Shown here piece by piece: positions 59,936 through 64,000 of a stretch of DNA of 64,000 bases. Within the stretch, counting starts at the first letter, position 1; each line of letters begins with the position of its first letter. Position numbers and translations under genes: made by a program. This DNA comes from Cyanophora paradoxa CCMP329 (taxonomy: Eukaryota > Plantae > Glaucophyta). The notes under the pieces were generated by a model. That model did not search any database, was not told where the DNA came from, and saw only the letters and a list, made by a program, of their open reading frames with translations. The stretch spans positions 20,484 to 84,483 of the forward strand of contig QPMI01000555.1 of assembly GCA_004431415.1 (NCBI GenBank), in the 5' to 3' direction.

Positions 59936-62749
59936 TGGAGCTCGGCATGTTGCGGCGTGGCTCGCGCCTTGCCAGGGCGGGTGGAGTCTCGCATTTGGCG
60001 GCAAGATAGGGCTAAGGCGGAATGCCGGCGGCCGCGGCGGCGGCGGAGCGTGCCCATTCTTCATATATACCACCGTGGCGGCGGAGCGTGCCCATTCTTC
60101 ATACGTGCCTTTAATTTATGTATATACTATGATAGCTAGATCTTGCTCAAGCTAGTTTGTTAGTTCGGCAGCGAATTCGAAGCAACAAGCATGCATATAT
60201 GTACATATGCATGGGCTGAGCTAAAAGAGAGCTTGGAAAATTTCCCGGCCCTGGCATGCAAACTAGCTTTAGCTAAAACAAGCTGCCCATTCACGCGCGG
60301 CCAGCATCTCGCACTTTTTGCTGCGGGAGCTCGGACGGGTGCGGTCTTTTCGCAGGCGCGCGTTCTTCTCCTCTTTCGCTTGACGCTCCGAGCGCAGCGA
60401 GCGCCTCGTCCTCGCCCTCGGCTACGGGCGGGGATGGTGCCGCTGTCACTCCGGATCCGTTCTTCTGCCACTTCTCTTTGCCGAGGTGCACAGCCGCGCG
60501 CGCGCATGCCAACCTTGTCTCTTTCTGTTCGAGCGTTCGCTGACCGCGACACAGCGCAACGAGCGCCGCGAGGTGTCGCGTGACTTGTGGCGGTCGCAGC
60601 AGTTCGAGGGCCCTGCTCGGCACTTAGAAGCCGTCGCCGCAGGCCCTGTGCTGCGGCACTCACTAGAGCTAGGCCGCATCCTAACGATAGCTATAGCTAT
60701 AGCTTTCTTGCTGGGGCCGCCCCCGTTTGTAGGATTGGTATATATTAGTGTATTAAGCTGCAGCCGGCCTTCTATGTTGCTTGGCGGCCGGCCGTTTATG
60801 ATGCTAGATGTGTGATTGGCAGGTAGGGAAGTCTTGGGAAGAGCATTTTTACTTTTTCAGAAAGGAGAGATTTGTTAGCGGGCTGCTGCCTATCAGACCT
60901 GCCAGGCTGCTACAATTTGTTAGCAAGCAGCTCGAGGCTCAGTGGAGATCGATATCAGCTGTAGGTTTTGCAGCCTCCCCGCCTGCATGCGCACTGCAAG
61001 GATGGGCGGCGTTGGGCGCTCGCCGAGTCGTGCTCGTGGCCGGCGCACCCGCCGCGCAAAATTATCTAGATTTATTAATATACATATAGGTTTTATGTAA
61101 AACTTATAGACTGTGGCCGCGGTAATTCACCAAAAACAAAAATATTTATAAATTATACTCCCGTGCAATTTGTGTTTACCCATGCAATTTGTGTTTACCC
61201 ATGTTCACCCGTGTTTACCCATGTTCCCTGTGCCTACCCATGTCGTCCTGTGCCTACCCATGCGAACCTGTGCCCTTCTTGTGCTTTTCTGTGCAACCTG
61301 TGCTTTCCTGTGCTTTGCGGCGCTTTCCTGTGCTTTGCGGTGTCAACCTGTGCTCTGCCGTGCTTTCCTGTGCTCTGCGGTGCTTTTCTGTGCGATTCTG
61401 TGTCAAATTTACACAGGAGAAGGTTTCTGCAAGGCACCCCAGAGCTTCACCCCGGAGTACGGCTCTCGCGTGCGCCTCGATCGCTGCGGGACGGCCCGCG
61501 AGCGTGCGCGCTGTGGGCCCTGTACATATATATATACTCGGAGTTCGGAGGCCGCGCGCGACTCTCGCTGTGGCCCGATCCGCCCCGGCGGACCCCGGCC
61601 GCACCCACGGCCGGCGAGCTTCCACCAGGAGCACGGATCTCGCGAGCACCTCGCTGTGAGATGGGCCCGCGAGCGTTCGTCGCTGTGGACCCCCGTGCGC
61701 GGAGCTCCGGGGCCGCGTGCGTCTCGCTGTGGCCCCAGATCTAGAGCTTCACCCCGGAGTACGGCTCTCGCGTGCGCCTCGCTCGCTGCGAGACGGCCCG
61801 CGAGCGTGCGCGCTGTGGGCCCTGTACTCGGGTTCGGAGGCCGCGCGCGACTCTCGCTGTGGCCCGATCCGCCCCGGCGGATTCCGGCCGCACCCGCGGC
61901 CGGCGAACTTCCACCAGGAGCACGGATCTCGCGAGCGCCTCGCTGTGAGATGGGCCCGCGAACGTTCGTCACTGTGGACCCCCGTGCGCGGAGTTCCGGG
62001 GCCGCGTGCGTCGCGCTGTGGCCCCAGAGCTTCACGCCGGAGTACGGACCTCGCGTGCGCCCCGCTGCGAGACGGCCCGCGAGCGTGCGCGCTGCGGGCC
62101 CCGGACTCGGAGTGCGTTACGCTGCGGACTATAGCTACGACTCTCGCTGGCGCGCACGCTGCGAGTATTAGTCGGCCCGCTGGCGCGTCTCGAGCTCGCT
62201 GCGGACTAGCCGCTAGCGCTAGCGCTGCTGGCGCGACCGCTACAGCCTCGCGATCGATCGCGATCGCAGAGTGTTTTGTTTGTTTTTGGTCAATTCTAGT
62301 CGATTCAAGGATTGACTCGACCTTAAAACAAAAACAAAAACAAAACAAACAAAAACAAACAACGGACGTACCCGTTGTACCGGCCGGACTCCGGACTCCG
62401 GAGCCGCCGGACCCGCGGTACCGGTCCCGCGCCGCGCGGTCTCACTGCCGCAGTGCCAGGCCGCTGAGGCGGGCACTTCCGGGGGATCCGCTGCCGCAGT
62501 GCCGCCGCTGCGGCGCCGCACGGCATGCGCAGTCTGCAGTGGCAGTACAGCCGCAGTGCCGCAGTGCGAGCTCGAGTCGGCCGGCGCCCGCAGCTGCAGT
62601 TGCCAGGCTGGCGCTTCCGCTACCGCAGTGCTGCCGCTGCCCCAGTGGCGCGTTACGCTGCGGACTACGGTCCCCGCTTGCGCTCTAGATCTCGCTGCGA
62701 GTCGGCCTGCTGGCGACCTTCCGCGCATCCGCGCCGCACCCTTGCGCAA

Positions 62750-64000
62750 CCCGGGCCCCGCACCGCAGCTCGGCTCGCCGCCGCCGCCGGACCTGCCTGC
62801 GCAGGGCGGGCCGGCCGCTGGCCCGCCTGCGGCACTCCCCGGCTGGAGCCCAGGGCTCCACCTCCGTCCCGAGGTCCGAAAACGACCTCGCGCGGCCCCG
62901 CACCGCCACGCCACCCGCCGCCGCCGCCTGACCTGCTTGCGCGGGGCGGGCCGGCCGCTGGCTCGCACGCAGCGCTCCCCGGCTGGAGCCGCTGAGCCCA
63001 GGGCTCCGCCTCCGTCCCGAGGTCCGTCACGGCCTCGCGCGGCACCCGCGCCGCCGCTCGACCCGCCGCCGCCGCCTGACCTGCTTACGCAGGGCGGGCC
63101 GGCCGCTGGCTCGCCTGCCGCGCTCTCCGGCTGGAGCCTTGGTCTCCACCTCCGCCCCGAGGTCCGTCACGGCCTCGCGCGGCCCCGTGCCGCCGCTCGA
63201 CCCGCCACCGTGGCACCGCCGCCTGACCTGCTTGCACAGGGCGGGCCGACCGCTGGCGCGCCTGCGACGCTCCCCGGCTGGAGCCCAGGGCTCCACCTCC
63301 GCCCCGAGGTCCGAAAACGACCTCGCACGGCCCCGCCCCCCGCGCCACCCGCCGCCGCCGCCTGACCTGCTTGCGCAGGGCGGGCCGACCGCTGGCTCGC
63401 CTGCGGCGCTCTCCGGCTGGAGCCCAGGGCTCCGCCTCCGCCCCGAGGTCCGTCACGGCCTCGCGCGGCCCCGCGCCGCCGCTCGACCCGCCGCCGCAGC
63501 CTGATCTGCTTGCGCAGGGCGGGCCGGCCGCTGGCTCGCCTGCCGCGCTCTCCGGCTGGAGCCCTTGGGCTCCACCTCCGCCCCGAGGCCCGTCACGGCC
63601 TCGCGCGGCCCCCGCACCGCCGCTCAACCCGCCACCGTGGCACCGCCGCCTGTCCTGCTTGCGCAGGGCGGGCCGGCCGCTGGCTCGCCTGCGGCGCTCC
63701 CCGGCTGGAGCCCCGGGCCCACCTCCGCCCCGAGGTCCGAAAACGACCTCGCGCGGCCCCACGCCCGCGCTCGACCCGCCGCCGCCGCATAACCTGCTTA
63801 CGTAGGGCGGGCCGGCCGCTGGTGCGCATGCAGCGCTCCCGGCTGGAGCCCAGGGCTCCACCTCCGCCCCGAGGTCCGTCACGGCCTCGCACGGCCCCGC
63901 GCGCCGCTCGACCCGCCGCCGCCGCCTGACCTGCTTGCGCAGGGCGGGCCGGCCCTGGCCCGCCTGCGGCGCTCTCCGGCTGGAGCCTTGGGCTTCACCT
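62750..64000. repeat. 139-bp satellite array, second locus (~9 units to window edge)
   Basis: Same monomer as 40940-47520. Confidence 0.95.

Larger units (their letters stand above)
56011..61432. mobile_element. 5.4-kb element bounded by terminal inverted repeats, nested in the array; no intact transposase seen
   Basis: Left end ttgcagaaaccttctcc, right end ggagaaggtttctgcaa (17-bp perfect inverted repeat, extending imperfectly). Subterminal ~10-bp ctgtg repeats at both ends; internal ~310-bp inverted repeats. No clear TSD. Confidence 0.7.
54517..64000. mobile_element. Second, diverged copy of the composite satellite element (runs off the window; left end uncertain)
   Basis: 54517-55465 aligns to 38546-39490. 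It is followed by a related array, the hinge (62270), a linker and the 139-bp satellite. Confidence 0.75.

Overview
Eukaryotic, very GC-rich, intron-dense DNA (short introns, GTGCGC/GTACGC donors, frequent GC donors, YGCAG acceptors). This suggests a protist or alga; the taxon is inference only. Most ORFs in the six-frame track are GC/repeat artefacts, and the real genes appear only after manual splicing. Contents from left to right: (i) a ~4.2-kb tandem duplication carrying a small hypothetical gene twice and a 5'-truncated ketopantoate-reductase-like gene tail; (ii) an 11-exon Zn-finger + PLAC8 gene; (iii) a broken lipocalin gene; (iv) a many-exon minus-strand gene encoding ankyrin repeats - TIR (catalytic-type, SDWCMLEL) - pseudo-TIR - coiled coil - polybasic/CaaX (CSLM), present as one complete copy, one 3'-truncated copy and two 3' fragments; (v) a low-GC gene between those copies encoding a 6xCUB - Pro/Thr stalk - cadherin-like - SEA-like - TM surface protein; (vi) a 9,960-bp non-coding composite element (leader, 160-bp array, T/A palindromic hinge, ~47 x 139-bp hairpin-rich satellite, hairpin tail) located 47 bp upstream of the second TIR gene's ATG, with the empty site visible in the paralogue; (vii) a second, diverged copy of that element, interrupted by a 5.4-kb insertion bounded by terminal inverted repeats; and (viii) several MITE-like elements. 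All family assignments come from motif recognition by eye; no searches were run.
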